From the NCBI RefSeq assembly GCF_009914755.1, contig NC_060934.1: DNA of 64,000 nt; one strand, given 5' to 3'. Positions 27,236 through 44,360 of this stretch are shown here, piece after piece (the stretch's first letter is position 1; every line of letters starts with the position of its first letter). Origin of the DNA: the human T2T-CHM13v2.0 reference genome, Homo sapiens. Both the position numbers and the translations under genes were made by a program. Under the pieces are notes generated by a model. That model was given only the letters and a program-made list of their open reading frames with translations, was not told where the DNA came from and did no database searches.

Positions 27236-28949
27236 AAAAACTCACTTTTCTCAGCTATGGAAAACGTGAATTAAGTGTGGCTTCTTCTGTCCTGTAGTAC
27301 AGTAGGGTGAGATTACAATGTACTAGAACATGGGGTTGAGGCAAGGATTTAAATACTATTGGCCGAAACTGAGTAATAGGATGTAATGATTTCAGAGTGA
27401 AACTAGGCCTACTCTTTATGAAAGCATTTAAAGGTGAGGGGACAGTTAACAGTAGCATCTGCCCCAGCTGGTGGAAACGCCATGTTGTTACTGATTTTAA
27501 TGCAGTTGCATTCTTAGCAGAACTAATTTTGTAAAGCATTTCTCTAAATAATCCAATTTTACTTGGTGCTTATGGTTGGACAAAGGAGCAGGCAGGTTTT
27601 GTATCAGTATTTATGGAGTGTAGCCTTGTAGGAATTACTCTGGCCAGAGGACATTGCTATAAATCTATAATGATGGTTGTGTTTTTGATTCCATCTTTAG
27701 TTTCTGAATTTCAGCCTTTGTAATTAAAAATCCATATCATAAAATTTTGGCCTGTGACAATTTTATTTTTCTCCTGGGATGCTATGATTTTTCTGAGGCA
27801 TGCCTTGCTCGGTCCTTCATGGAGGCTAAAGGTCTGGGGGATTTTGAGCTGGGTGTTTGGAGCCCATCCTCATGACAGATATTTGGCATGCCAGCTTGGG
27901 TGCTACCCTTGGAAGATCCGAGTCCAAGCTTTTACTGGCTCCCTGAGGACAATTCTGAGAAAGTTACTATCCCTTGTACTGGTTTCTGGTGCTGGGTATA
28001 TACTTGCTTTTGTAAGACTAAATAAATTGATAAATTCAGCTGATTCAGAGCGTTTACATAATCTTTCCAATGTCAACAGTCATTTAAATTATCCTAACTT
28101 TATACTGAATCTCCAAAATCCAATTACTAGCTAATAATAATTGTCAGTTTTACTTTAAACCTTTAATGATAGGTCACAAGGGAAGTGTAGCAGCAGGATT
28201 AAATCGCTGTAGACTGTAGCTATGCCCAGTCTTAAATTACTCGCCTCTTATCTCTGGCTAACAGAGCCACTATATGTTTTGTCACCATTTTTGCTAAATA
28301 GAATATATGTCACCAAAATTAATTTCATCTCCCTTAAATTAGCTTCTTAGTGTGATTTCTCACTTCAGTCAAAATTTATTTCTTCAGGAATTTAATTTCC
28401 TTCTTCATCTCTTTTATTCGAGAGAGCAAGACTGTTCTGGAACAAATGTCTTTTAATCACTGGCTGGCAAGTTTTGAGGCTTGCTTTTCATTAATAATTG
28501 CTGACCCCTTTAGGGGGAGTGTTGGAGGATATTTCTGTTTTATTTAAGCTATTGTATGCTTTTAAACAGAGTAGACTGGGCTCTTTCTGAATAGTCTTAG
28601 AGAAGCTGTAAACCTTGCATAGAACAGGAAAGATGAATTTACCACAAAGAAAACATTTTTTTCACATGAGGGATGATTGAGCAGGGAGTTTGTAATTAGG
28701 CACTTTAGTTGTTTTTCCTACTTTTTAATCATTTTCAGGTATACACATCTGACAATAGCTATCCTTTAAGTAAGGCATGTGTTTGGAAAAAACTGTAGGG
28801 ATTTAAAAGTTAAACTTCTCACAGAACACATAAATACACAGAAGACTTGCCCAACTCTGAAATGCATCCTGAAGATACGATAGTAGCACCTGTAACAAAT
28901 TCCCTTTGCTCATCAACAGAAACCTCAAGGCACTAAAACATTAAGAGGC

Positions 28950-29008
28950 ATGGAGAGGGAGAAGAGAGAGGAAGTGAGAAAGAGAGGGAAAGAGAGGGAG
29001 AGGGAAAG
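28950..29008. repeat. GA-rich low-complexity tract
   Basis: gagagggagaagagagaggaagtgagaaagagagggaaagagagggagagggaaag. Confidence 0.75.
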
Positions 29009-29914
29009 ATCCATTTCTAGAAAGGCAAAGTGCGAGGAGCTCTGTGACCTGCTCCCCAGTGAAGCAAATGTAACTGGTGAAGATAATGAAAAAATATCCA
29101 ACCATTCGGAGTCTCTGGATATTGTACTAGGAGAATACAGCAAATGAAGAAACAGTTATTTAAGAGCAACTACTAAAACTCAAAAGGAACAATGGGATTC
29201 TGTGGCACTTAAACCATGACCTGTTCCTTTCCTCCTCCCCGCAGCTTACTTTGAAGGAAGCTCTCTATTACAGGTAGGTGTGGCTAAGAAGGTGGGGCTC
29301 CCTTGCCCCTCATCTCCCAATCAAGGGATATGGCATCTTACCCAGAAGAGCAGGCTGCCAACATTTCTTATTCCCTCCGACTCTGAGATGCAGAAGTTAA
29401 GTTCCTGGTGAGGTCAGCCAAGAAGTCAGAGACTACTGTTCTCTGCCCACTCCCCCCAACTCAAATGTGGCAGTTCTACCACAGGTGAAGCTAACTGAGA
29501 ACACTTGGGCCCTCATCATTCTTGCTCAAGAATGATGGGGTGGAGGGTCCACACTGGGAGAGGCAAGCTGAGAAGACTGGAGAGTGTCATATCTGCCTCA
29601 GTCTCTGGAGCAGTGGCTTGGAGGTTTTTCTCAGTGGGAGAGCAGTCCATAAATACATAGAGCTCTGAAGCTCTGAAGCTCTCCTTAGGGGAACTGTCTT
29701 TGAAACAGAGTGAGGGAAGTTCAAGGCTAAGGGTACTTTCTTCCATAATGAAGATTTTGGTGGTAATTAAGAGGAGACTAATAACTCCATGAGAGCAAAA
29801 ACTTACACCAGAGGCAAGCAAGTTTACTAGAGAGAACCATGGAAACAGATAGCTAAGAACTCTCCTGGGTTCACAAAAAACCTAAAGGACTAGCCTCAAA
29901 AACTTCCCCTACCC

Positions 29915-30050
29915 ATGTACAATTCAGTGGCATCTATAACATTCACAGTATTGTGCAATCATCACCACTATCTCTTTCCAAAACACTGTCATCATCCCAA
30001 GAAGAAACTCTAGAATGATTAAACCAACAACTTCCCATCCCTTCTCCCCT
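29915..30050 (-). mobile_element. L1MB 3'-end fragment embedded in the older L1
   Basis: tgtacaattcagtggcat...cacagtattgtgcaatcatcaccactatctctttccaaaacact...catcccaagaagaaactc. Confidence 0.75.
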
Positions 30051-30436
30051 ATGATCATGGATTAACAATTAGCTTTCATTAGAAACAATGGAGACCAGAA
30101 ACCAATAGGATGGCATAATCAAAGTGCTGGAAAAAAAATAAAAAAACTATCAAGCAACAATCTTATATCCAGCAAAACTCTCTTTCAAATATGAAGGTGA
30201 AATAAAGACATTTCTAAGTAAACAAAAACTGAGAAGCTTTATTTGCTAGCAGACTTCCTTTACAAGAAATACTAAGGGAAGTAATACAGGCTGAAAGCAG
30301 TACACCCCAGACATTAATTCAAAACCACACGAATAAACAAAAAGCACCAGTAAAGGTAATTATATAATAATAAAAAGATAGTATAAATACATATTCTCCT
30401 TTCTGCCCTTAACTAATTTAAAAAGCAATTGTACGT

Positions 30437-31048
30437 AAGCATGGAATTACCATATAATCTAGCATTTTTTACTTCTAGGTATACACCCCAAAGAACTGAA
30501 AACAAGAACTCAAACAGATACTTGTACACCTATGTTCATAGCAGCCTTATTCACATGGACAAAAGGTAGAAACAACCCAAATGTCCATCAAGGGATTAAT
30601 GGATAAAAAATGTTGGATATACGTACAATGTAATAGTATTCAGCCATAAAAAGGAATGATGTACTGATATATAATACAATATAGTTGGGAAAAGATTATT
30701 CTAAGTGAAATAAGCTAGACTCAAAAGGATAAATATTATAGGAATCCACTTAATTGAGGTATCTAAAATAGGCAAATACATAGAGACAGAAAGCAGAATA
30801 GAATAGAGGTTAACAAGGACTGGTAGCAGAAGGGAAGAGTGAGGACTTGCCAGGGAGAGAAGAGTAGGCAGTTATAGTTTAATAGGTACAGAATTGCTTT
30901 TGGGAAAATAAAAATATTCTGGAAATGTATACTGGTAATGGTTACACAAAATTTTAAATGTACCTAACACCACTGAATTATGCACAATAATGACAAAAAT
31001 GGTAAATTTTGTTATGCACGTTAACCACAATAAAAATAATTAACTCTA
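30437..31048 (+). mobile_element. 5'-truncated L1MB (MB3/4-like) nested in the older L1
   Basis: ccaaagaactgaaaacaagaactcaaacagatacttgtacacc...ttaaccacaataaaaa. Flanked by aaaaagcaattgta and aaaaagcaattata (degenerate TSD). Confidence 0.8.
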
Positions 31049-34000
31049 AAAAAGCAATTATATAAAATAATATGTATGTAATTATATTATTGGGCTTATA
31101 TGTAAATGTAATATATTTGACAGTAACAGCACAATGGAGATGGGTGGGAGGAAACCTGTATTGGTGTAAGGAAATGGCGCCAGATGGTAACCCAAATCTA
31201 TAGGAACAAATGAAAAGAATCAGAAATGATAAATAGAAAGGGAAATATAACAAGCTCTATGAATATATGCTTACTCTCTTCTATTCTCTTAGCTTCTTTA
31301 ATAGACATAAAATTATATAAATAATAAAATGTATTGGTAGGTTTGTAATATATTTAAATATAATGTGTATAACAATATTAGCACAAAAGGAGGAAGATGG
31401 AACAGAGCTATATAGGCGCAATTTTAAAATTTTTTGTGAAATTAAGTTAGCATATATCTGAAAGAGATTCTGATGAGTTAACCACTAATAAAATCTAATA
31501 AAATAACTCAAAATATAGCGAAAAATTATTAAAGAAATTATATTACACTAGAAATATTCACTTAAAGCAAAAGGAAGCAGTAAAGAAGGAACAGGGAAGC
31601 AAACACACATGGGGCATATAGGAAACAACTGAAATGGAATATGTAAATCCTATATAAATAATAATATCAAATATAAATGGATTAAGCAACTGAATCAATA
31701 GTCAGAGATTTTCAGAATGGATAAAAAAACAAAATCCAACTATAGGTTGTTTATAAAACACACACTTTAGATTCAAAGATACAGATAGTTTGAAAGTAAA
31801 AGAATTGAAAAGATGTATCATGCAAACAACAACAATAAGAAAATTGGAGTGGCTATACGAATAGCAGAAAAAAATAGACTTTAAGACAGAAAAAGTTACT
31901 AGAGTAAAAGAGGACATTTTGTGATGATAAAAGTGTCAATTTGTCAGGTATGTAAAACAATCATAAACATATAGACATGGCTACATAGCCACAGAGCCCC
32001 AAAATACACGAAGGAAAAACTGACAGACCAGAAGGGAAAAATAAGCTTTCAACAATAATAGTTGTAGTGTTCAATACCCCACTCTTAATAACAGATAGAA
32101 CAACTAGACAAAATATCAAGGAAATAGAAGACTTGGACAACACTATAAACCAACTTGACCTACCAGACATCTGTAGACCTTCCACCCAGCAACATCAGAA
32201 TGCACACTCTTCTCAAGAACATGGAATAGTCTCTAGGATAGACCATATATTAGGCCATAAAACAAGCCTCAATAAATTTAACTGGGTAAATCATGCAGAG
32301 TGTGTTCTCTGATAACAATAGAGTGAAAATAAAAATTAATAAATTTGGGGAATTCTCAAATATGTAGAATATAACACATTGCTGAATTGCCATTAGTCAA
32401 AGAAGAAGCAATAAAGAAAGTTGAAAAACACTTTGAGATGAATGAAAAAGACACACAACATACCAAAAGTTACAGGGTGCAGCTAAAGCTAAAGTAAACA
32501 GAGGGAAATTTGTGGTTGTAAATGCTACTACAAACTGAGAAAAGAGTTATCTATTCAATAACTTGATTTTCCACCTTAAGACAGTAGAAAAACAAGAGAA
32601 AACTAAACTCAAAGAAGATAGAAACCATAAAGAGCAGAAGTTAATGAAATAAAGAATAAAAAGCAATGAAAAAATTAATAAACCCAAAAGTTTTTCTTTA
32701 AAAGGATCAACAAAAATGCCAAGTAGTTAGCTAGATTGACCAAGAAGACTCAAATGATTAAAATCAGGAATGAAAGAGGGAGCATTACTATCAACCTGAC
32801 AGAAATAAAGGATTGTAAGGCAGTACTATGATCAATTAAATGCCAATGAATTAGATAACTTGGATGAAATGGACAAATTTCTAAAGACAGACTCAAGAAG
32901 AAATAGAACATTCGAATGGACCTATAGAAAGTTAATTGATTGAGTTTGTAAACAAACAAACAAAAAACAACCGTCTACAAAAAAAGACCCCGGGCCCAGA
33001 ATTTACTTCACTGGTAAATTCTATCAAGCATTTAAAGAAAGTAAATGTTAATTCTTCACAAAGTCTTCCCAAAATAGAGAAGGGAATACTTCCCAATTTA
33101 TTCTCTGAGCCCACCATCATTCTGATTCCTAAACCAGAAAAAGGCATCATAAGAAAGAAAAATATGATATTTCGTGAAATGAAAAATCCTTAACAAATTA
33201 TTAGCACATCCCATCTAGCAATGTGTACAAATATTATACACAATGACCAAGTAGGATTTATTTCGGTAATGCAAGATTAATTTAACATTACAAAACCAAT
33301 TAACATAATACACCATATCAGAAGAATAAAGGACAAAAACCACATGACTATCTCCACACCATTAAAAAAAAAGTATTTGACAAAAGTCCACATCCACACA
33401 CATTCATGGTAAAAACATTCAACAAACTAGGAAAAGAAAGCTTCCCCAACGCGATAAAGGACATCTGTGAAAAACTCTTGGTTACCATCGTACTTAATGG
33501 GAAAAGATTGAATGTTTTCCCCCCTATGATCAGGAACAAGACCAAGAAATCCACTATCTCCACTTTTATTTAACATTACAGTTAAAGTGTTAGCCCAGAA
33601 ATTAGACAAGAAAACAAAATCAACTGGATGCAGATTGGAAAGAAAGAAGTAATAGTATTTACTTGCAGATCTTGTATACAGGAAATTCTAAGGATTCTGC
33701 TAAAAAAAAAAGAAAAAAGAAAAACTGCTAAAACAAATAAATGAGTTCAGTAATGTTGCAGAATACAAGACCAATGTAGAAACATCCATCGTAATTGTGA
33801 AATTAAGAAAACAATTCCATTTATAATAGCATCAAAAGAGTAAAAGACTTAGAAATAAACCCAACAAAAGAAGTACAAAATCTATGCCCTGAAGAACAAC
33901 AAAAACATTCCTGAAATACAATGAAAATAACCTAAATAAATAGAAATACATCCTATGTTCCTGGATGTAAAGACAACAGTACTCCACCCACATTTGATCT

Positions 34001-35444
34001 ACAGGTTCAACACAATTGACTCTCTAGCCCCAATTTCAAAACTTATTAAAAGCTACAATAATCAAGACAGTGTGGTACTGGCATTGGAATACACACATAG
34101 ATCAAAGGAATAGAACTAGGAGTCCAGAAAAAAGTCATTGCATTTACAGTGAATTGATTTTTGCTGAGAGTACAAAGATAATTCACTGGGGGAAAGCATA
34201 GTAATTTCAACAAATGGCGCTCAGGTAACTGGATAGTCACTTGCAATAGAATGCATTAGGAACCTCGTGCCATATACACCTCACACCATCTACAAAGTTA
34301 ACTTAATATATTAGTAAATCAAAGCCCTAATATCACCACTAAAAGCATAAAACTCTTAGAAGAAAACATAGACATAAATCTGTGTGACTTTGGGTTAAGG
34401 CAGCAGTGTCTTAAATATGATATCAAAATCACAAGGGACAAAAGAAAAAATAAGTAAATTGGACTTCCTCAAAATTTAAAACTTGGGTGCCTCAAAGAAC
34501 ATCATCAGGAGTGTGAAAAGATAACCTCTAGAACTGGAGAAATTTTTATAAGTCATATATCTGATAAGGTATCCAAAATATATAAAGAACACCTATAACT
34601 CAATAATAAAAAGTCAATTATTATCTCATTTTAAAAATGGTCAAAGGAATTGAATATATTTGTCTCCAAAGAAGATATAGAAATAGCCAATAAACACACC
34701 ACCAGAGGCTCAACATCATTAGCCATTAGGAAAATGCAAATCAAAATCACAGAAATATCACTTCACATCCACTAGAATGGCTATAATCAAAAAAGATAAA
34801 TAATAACAAGTGTAGGGTGTGGAGAACTGGAACCCTCATACATTGCTGTTGAGACTGTAAAATGATGAAGCTGCTTTGGAAAACAGCTTGGCAGTTTCTT
34901 AAAAGGTTAAATATTGAGCAATTCCACTCCTAGGTATATACCCAGGAGAGGCGAAAACATACATACACAAATGCAAACAAAATTTGGTCATTAATATCTA
35001 TAGCAGCATTATTCATAATAGTCAAAGAGTGGAAATAATCTAAATGTTCATCAATTGATGAGTGCATAAATAAAATGCAGTATATTCTTACAGTAGAATA
35101 TTTGGCAATTAAAAGAAATGAAGTACTGATATATGCTACAATGTGGGTAAACCTTGAACACATTATGCTAAGTAAAAAAACCCAGTTACCAATGAACATA
35201 TATAGCTTAAGGTAAATTCATAGAGACCAAAAGAATAGTGGTTGCTTAGGGATGAGGAGGCTAGGGAAAAGAGTCAGACATTACTGATGGTGGGCATGGG
35301 ATTTCTTTTGGGATTGATGAAAATGTTTTCAGATTGTGGTGATGATTGCACAATTCTGTGAATATGAATAAAGTTTTGAATATATATTTTAACGTAGTAA
35401 ATTTTACGCTATGTTTATTATATCTCAATAAAACTTTTATTTAA

Positions 35445-39154
<3,710 letters not shown>

Positions 39155-39339
39155 GATCACAAACTAAATATTGAGCTTATAAAATAAATTAGAATAAAAG
39201 GTTTCATAATAAAAAAAGACTAAAATAGAAGTTGGAAACATTGGATGCAATCCTATATTTGCTTTTTCCTACCAATATGACTTTGGAAAATTTTCTTATT
39301 TGTGGACCTTAGCTTTCTTATCTTATGATAATGTTTGCA

Positions 39340-39695
39340 CCAGCAAGGTCTTAGAGGAGGTACTAGGCAATGTGGGGCAAGGGAGAGCGACTTTATTAGT
39401 GGTTACAGTGACCAAAGAGGGCTCCTCTCACAAAGCCAGCTTCATGGTGTGTAACCTGTGCAGTCACACCCCACGCCATGCTCAGAAGGGCCCAGGCTTG
39501 GTTTAATTCTCTGCTGTATGTTTTGAACAAGGGTTCCTGCATTTTCATTTTGGGGGGTCCTATGAAGAATGTAACCAATTCTGATCCTACTGATAGTGAG
39601 AAGGGGCTAGGGAGCCTTTAATGTCCTGCAGAGCACAGGGCAGCCCTGTGCAGTGAATAATTGCCCTGTCCAAAATGCCCTGATGAGAAACACCA
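39340..39695. mobile_element. MER20-related hAT-Charlie MITE interrupted by MER45A
   Basis: ggcaatgtgggg...gtggttacagtgac on the left and taatgtcctgcagagcacagggcagccctgtgcagtgaataattgccctgtccaaaatgcc...tgagaaacac on the right. Confidence 0.55.
39431..39583 (+). mobile_element. MER45A (hAT-Tip100) MITE
   Basis: gccagcttcatgg..tgtaacctgtgcagtcaca...gctcagaagggccc..gcttggtttaattctctgctg...ttgaacaagggttcctgcattttcatttt. Confidence 0.8.
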
Positions 39696-40084
39696 AATGC
39701 TAAGTCATGGTTGAACTCTGAAGGGCTGCAATTTTTAACTAGCTTACTAGAACCTAATCTGAAATGTTCAAGAATAGTGTGTGTTTTTCAAAAAATTTGC
39801 TTTGATTTATTTCATGTACCTAAAAAGAGTATGACGGGTCGAAGGCGACTGAACATTTAGTTCCTCATTTTTTTTCCTGAGACTGATAATATACCCTATA
39901 TGAGCCTTATATGCTTTGACCTTGCTTCTCATCCATTAACTGAGCTGTTGAAGTTTAGATGATTATAGCCTTAACTTATTTTATTTCTGGTTATTAGATT
40001 TGTTAAGAAATTGCCAACTCAGTAGGCTCTGTGGCAAAAACAATTATGATTCCTGGAGAATCTCTGATGAATAATAACGTTCTA

Positions 40085-40195
40085 AGCTGAGCATTTTACT
40101 TACATTATTTCATTTAATTTTCCCATCAATCTTTTAGGTTGATCATTATTATCCTAACTTTATAGATAAGGAAACTGAGTCTCAGAGGGCTTAAG
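40085..40195 (-). mobile_element. MIR
   Basis: cattatttcatttaatt...ctttatagataaggaaactgagtctcagaggg. Confidence 0.75.
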
Positions 40196-40499
40196 AAAGA
40201 TTAGATGAAAATGATGTGTCTTCTTTTTTGACTTCTCAACTGCTATTAGATGAAACCTGAAATCCGTGAGTTTCTTTCATTCCTTGAATTTTCCCCCAGA
40301 TGTATTAGGCCTCACTGGAAGAATTAATGTTGGAATCTACTGATATATGTTACTGTTATATACTTATACTGTAGTAAGCCCCTAAGTTGGTGATATTTTC
40401 ATGTTGCACCAAAATTTATTATCTACTTGGTTGAGAATATAATACTGTACATGATAAAAATATACTGAATTAGGAAGTGCAAGATTTAATCATTTCTGA

Positions 40500-40695
40500 A
40501 GTCATAGAATAGTAGAGCTGGAAGAAATTTTAAAGCACTCCTGTGCCAATCCATACATTTCACAGATGTTGAAACTGAGGTTAAGATAGGTTTAATATTT
40601 TTTCTGTGTTCACATAATAGATGTATGGCTTTAGTGACAAAGCCAGGAATATAATTTATGAGTTAAAGTGAATTATTGGCTCATCACTCTTCCCA
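40500..40695 (-). mobile_element. MIR/MIR3
   Basis: tcatagaatagtagagctggaagaaatt...catttcacagatgttgaaactgagg. Confidence 0.7.
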
Positions 40696-41909
40696 AACAT
40701 TTCCTTGCCTCCCTTTGGTCAGTTTTATCTAGATGAAATAAAACAACCAATTTGATGGTTTGACAGATTTCTTCTTCAATGGAAATAACTTGCATGGAGT
40801 TTAGATAGTCTGTGGATTTCCTGTAATATGGGAGTTGTAACATTTTGGAGCATGTTTAACTCAACATAGAGGTGTCCTCTTTCAAAAGGACTTCAACTTA
40901 GGTTTGACTCTATGAATAACCCAGCGAAAAATAATTTCCCAGTAAGTTCGAAGAATACCTTAAAGGTAATCATATGTATTGAGAAACAGTAAGTCCTGCC
41001 ATTGGGACAGCGACTCAATGGTATGAATAATAGGATGAAAAAGAAATTGAGGCATTTAGGGAGGTTAGAAGGGATATTCTAATTTATATTTTTGGATCAA
41101 TTTAGAATTCAGAAGCACTTATTTGTAGCTTATTGATATTCACTTTTTGGGTCCATTAAGATGTAAAGATGGTCAATTTTATAAATTAATGTGGATCATG
41201 AGGACTTCTAGATTTCCTCCTGCTTTCTACAATTCTATTAAATGATATTTAAACCAAGGAGATAAAGCTTACGTATATTTTCTTTATTCAACTGTAGACT
41301 TAAAAGAAAATAAAACTCTTCAAGATACATCTCAGACCCAGTGTTTGATTTTTAGATTGTAGCCTTGATATGCTCAGCCTTCTCCTTCTCAGGCCTCTGC
41401 AATGGGCCTGAAATGACCTTTTATTGGCCTGGTTCCTTTGATGAATGAACTCAGCACATTTTTGACAGAGATGAAGGCTGGCTTTTTTAAGGCCTTCTTT
41501 AGGGAGATATAAATCTCTTGCTGCTTTGGAGCTGCATACTGTTTATAAACCAAACTTCATGCTTCCAAAATGAGAAAACTTTCCTCCTTCTAGTCTTGCA
41601 GGGTCTCACAAGGATCACTGCGCATGTTTATCAGCATTTAAAAGAAATAGCTAATTATGGGGAGTGGTCTAACTAATTGGGCAAAGGTCTCAGGTATACA
41701 TTTAGCTCTTATTTTTTATCTCCAACTTTCTTTGTGCAATAGGAAAACAGATTAATGTTTTTCTTTCTTAATTCAACTTACAGAAAATGTAGGGTCAGAT
41801 TAACTCATAAGACCCTGCATCCCAGTTCATAAGTCCTTTCCAATAACAAGCCCTTCTCTATACTGGGCTTCTCTAATATTTCCTAAGGTGCTGACCATCA
41901 GCCATCCTT

Positions 41910-42280
41910 ACTTCTTATTGCATTCATACTCCTTGGGTAATACATTCATTTCATGACCCCAAACATTATATACCTCATTGACTCGCAAATGTGTATTTCA
42001 TGACCTCCATGTATTGCTTGATCTGCAAACTATGTTTTCAACTGACTGTTAGATGTTTCCACCTAGATTTCCTTCAGGAACCTCCCAGTTAAACAGAAAT
42101 CATTATCATTCTTGTGTCAACACCACCCGTCTCTGCCTGTCCAATTTTTTCTCTTCATATATTTTCCTTCTTGGTTCATAACATGATAATCTTATCCAGT
42201 TTGGGCAATTGAAGTAACGTAGATAAATCCTCAGCTCTTCTCTCTTGCCACCCATTTTATAGGTCATTAAATATGCCTTT
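41910..42280 (+). mobile_element. L2 internal fragment
   Basis: tccttgggtaatacattcatttcatgac...tgactcgcaaatgtgtatttc...caactgactgttagatgtttccacctagat. Confidence 0.6.
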
Positions 42281-43388
42281 TGGGCACTTTTTATTGAAGT
42301 ATTAACATACATTTATAAGTATTTACAAATTTTAAGTGTGCAGTTCATTGAATGTTCACAAAGTGAACAGACCTGCAACCAGTAACTAAATTATTCGCAC
42401 ACTTAAATCCCCCTTTTACCCCACTGTCTTCATTATCTCTGCCCATCAGGGGTACTTCTTACTTAGCATTTAATAAAATAGAATAGTTGGCCTGTTTTTG
42501 AACTTAAGATAAGTGGAACCATACTGTATGTATTCTTTTTGTCTGGATACTTCGGGCCAAAATTATGTTTATAAAATTCATCCATGTTGTTGCATGTAGC
42601 AGAACTTTGTTCATTCTGATTGTCTAGTATGTGCTGGATGAATATTTCACAGTTCATTGAGTCATTCTACTGTTGATGATGGACATTTGATTTGCTTCCA
42701 GTTTGGGGCTATAGTCATGTTGCAATGAGCATTCTCATACCTGTCATTTAGTTCACATATTTATATATCCCTGCTGAGAAAACACAAGGTCTTGCTGTGA
42801 ATAGAATGTGCATTTGTTCAGCATTAGCAGATGTTGCCAGATAGTTTTTTAAAGTGGTTGTACCAGCTCACATTATTCAGTTCAATTCAGCAGTTGTTCA
42901 ATACAGCATGTTGTTCAATACCAATTCAGCAGCATATGAGAATTTTCGGTTTCTCCACATGCTCACTAATACTGGGTATTATGAGCCTTGCTCATTTTTG
43001 GCATAATGTTCCATATGAAGTGGTAGCTCATCATATAGTTCTCATTTGCATTTTCCCTGTTGGCTGATGAAGTTGAACACTCTTTCATACATTTCTTGAC
43101 CATTTAAATTTCCTCTATTGTGAAATGGATTTTCAGTCTTTGTTCATTTTTTAAAATTGAATTATCTTATTATGTCCTAGTTTCAAGTTCTGCATCAGAT
43201 TATGAATTGCAGTTTTTCCTTCCCACATTGTAGTTTGCATTTTTCATTCCCTTAATGGTGTATTTTGATGAACAGAAGTTCTTAATTTTAATGTAGCACA
43301 ATTTATCATTGCTCCCTTAATGATGAGTGTTTTTAATTATCTATTTAAGAAATATTAGCTATGTTTTACAACATTTAAAAACTCATTT

Positions 43389-43804
43389 GATGGTAGTATA
43401 CAGACAATGACACTCTGATGGGTAAAAGGCAGAACTCTTTGTTACTGGCAGCTCCAAATCAGAGAAGGCTGCCAGGCAGGGCCCCATAGGGGATTTCACC
43501 CAAGACCATGGTAACAACAAGCTGGAGCTACACGGGGCAGCTTATGGTAAGCAGGATGTGTTTAGCTAGGTCTTCCAAGCTTCTCACGGATTGCCTAATC
43601 TGAATGATCTCCGGGGCTCCAGTGTATAGGGACTATCCTTAATTGTTTCCTACCTGGTTCTGGGGCAATAGGGGCAGGCGCACAGTGGCCTTAGTGTGTG
43701 AGATCAAAATAGTAGAAATAGTTGAAGTGTGGCTTTAATCAGCTGCTCAGAAAGGAAAACTGATTGTCCTCTAGCCAGGGCTTCAGGACTGGGTCAAGAA
43801 ACCA
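43389..43804. mobile_element. Probable ERVL-class solo LTR inserted in L1
   Basis: A ~415-bp block, more GC-rich than its surroundings, bounded by tg...ca inside AT-rich L1. ctctttgttactggcagctc and ctgggtcaagaaacca resemble MER54/MER74/LTR53-group LTRs. Family uncertain. Confidence 0.5.
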
Positions 43805-44149
43805 TTAAAAAAAAAAAAAAAGCAAATGTACAGACTACCATAAGAAGCATTGCTTTATTTTCCATATTTAGGTCTAGAGTTAATCTGAAGTTAACTTTTT
43901 TATGTGAACTGGGTGCAAGATTCATTATTGTCCACATGGATAGCTACTTGATTCATCACAATTTATTGGAAAAAAATTCCATTTGCAACCATGATGCAGC
44001 TGTTTATTTACCTCTCTTTCTACTAATACCATGCCATAGTAATTACTATAGCTTTATAACTACAGCATCTGTAGGGATCTTGATGTCTTAACATCTGCTC
44101 ATGTTACTCTTTCAGCTGCTGTTGTACATTTGCCGTTTTCATTGTCATA

Positions 44150-44360
44150 TGCTCTTCCTCCTTCTTTTCCCTCATCCCCATTCCCTTTCCCTTCTTCTTC
44201 CTCCTCTTTCTCCCTTTTCTTACTTTTTCTTGTCCCATCCTCCTTCTTCTTCCTCTCATTCTCCTTCTTCTCTTTCTCTTTTTCTCCTTTACTTCCTCCT
44301 CCTCCATCTTCTCCTCCTTCTCCTTCTACTTGTCATTCTTCTTTTCCTCCAATTTTTCCT
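44150..44360. repeat. Polypyrimidine (CTT/CCT) low-complexity tract
   Basis: About 210 nt almost entirely C/T on +. Confidence 0.9.

Noticed and set aside
27754-28134. 126-aa ORF in unique DNA
   Set aside because: Non-ATG (GTG) start, no recognisable domain and no supporting exon structure.
28715-28780. Strong-looking acceptor (ttttaatcattttcag) near a weak donor
   Set aside because: No coherent exon chain or recognisable peptide; unsupported without transcript data.
40960-41170. Possible CR1/L3 remnant
   Set aside because: Similarity too weak to support by eye.
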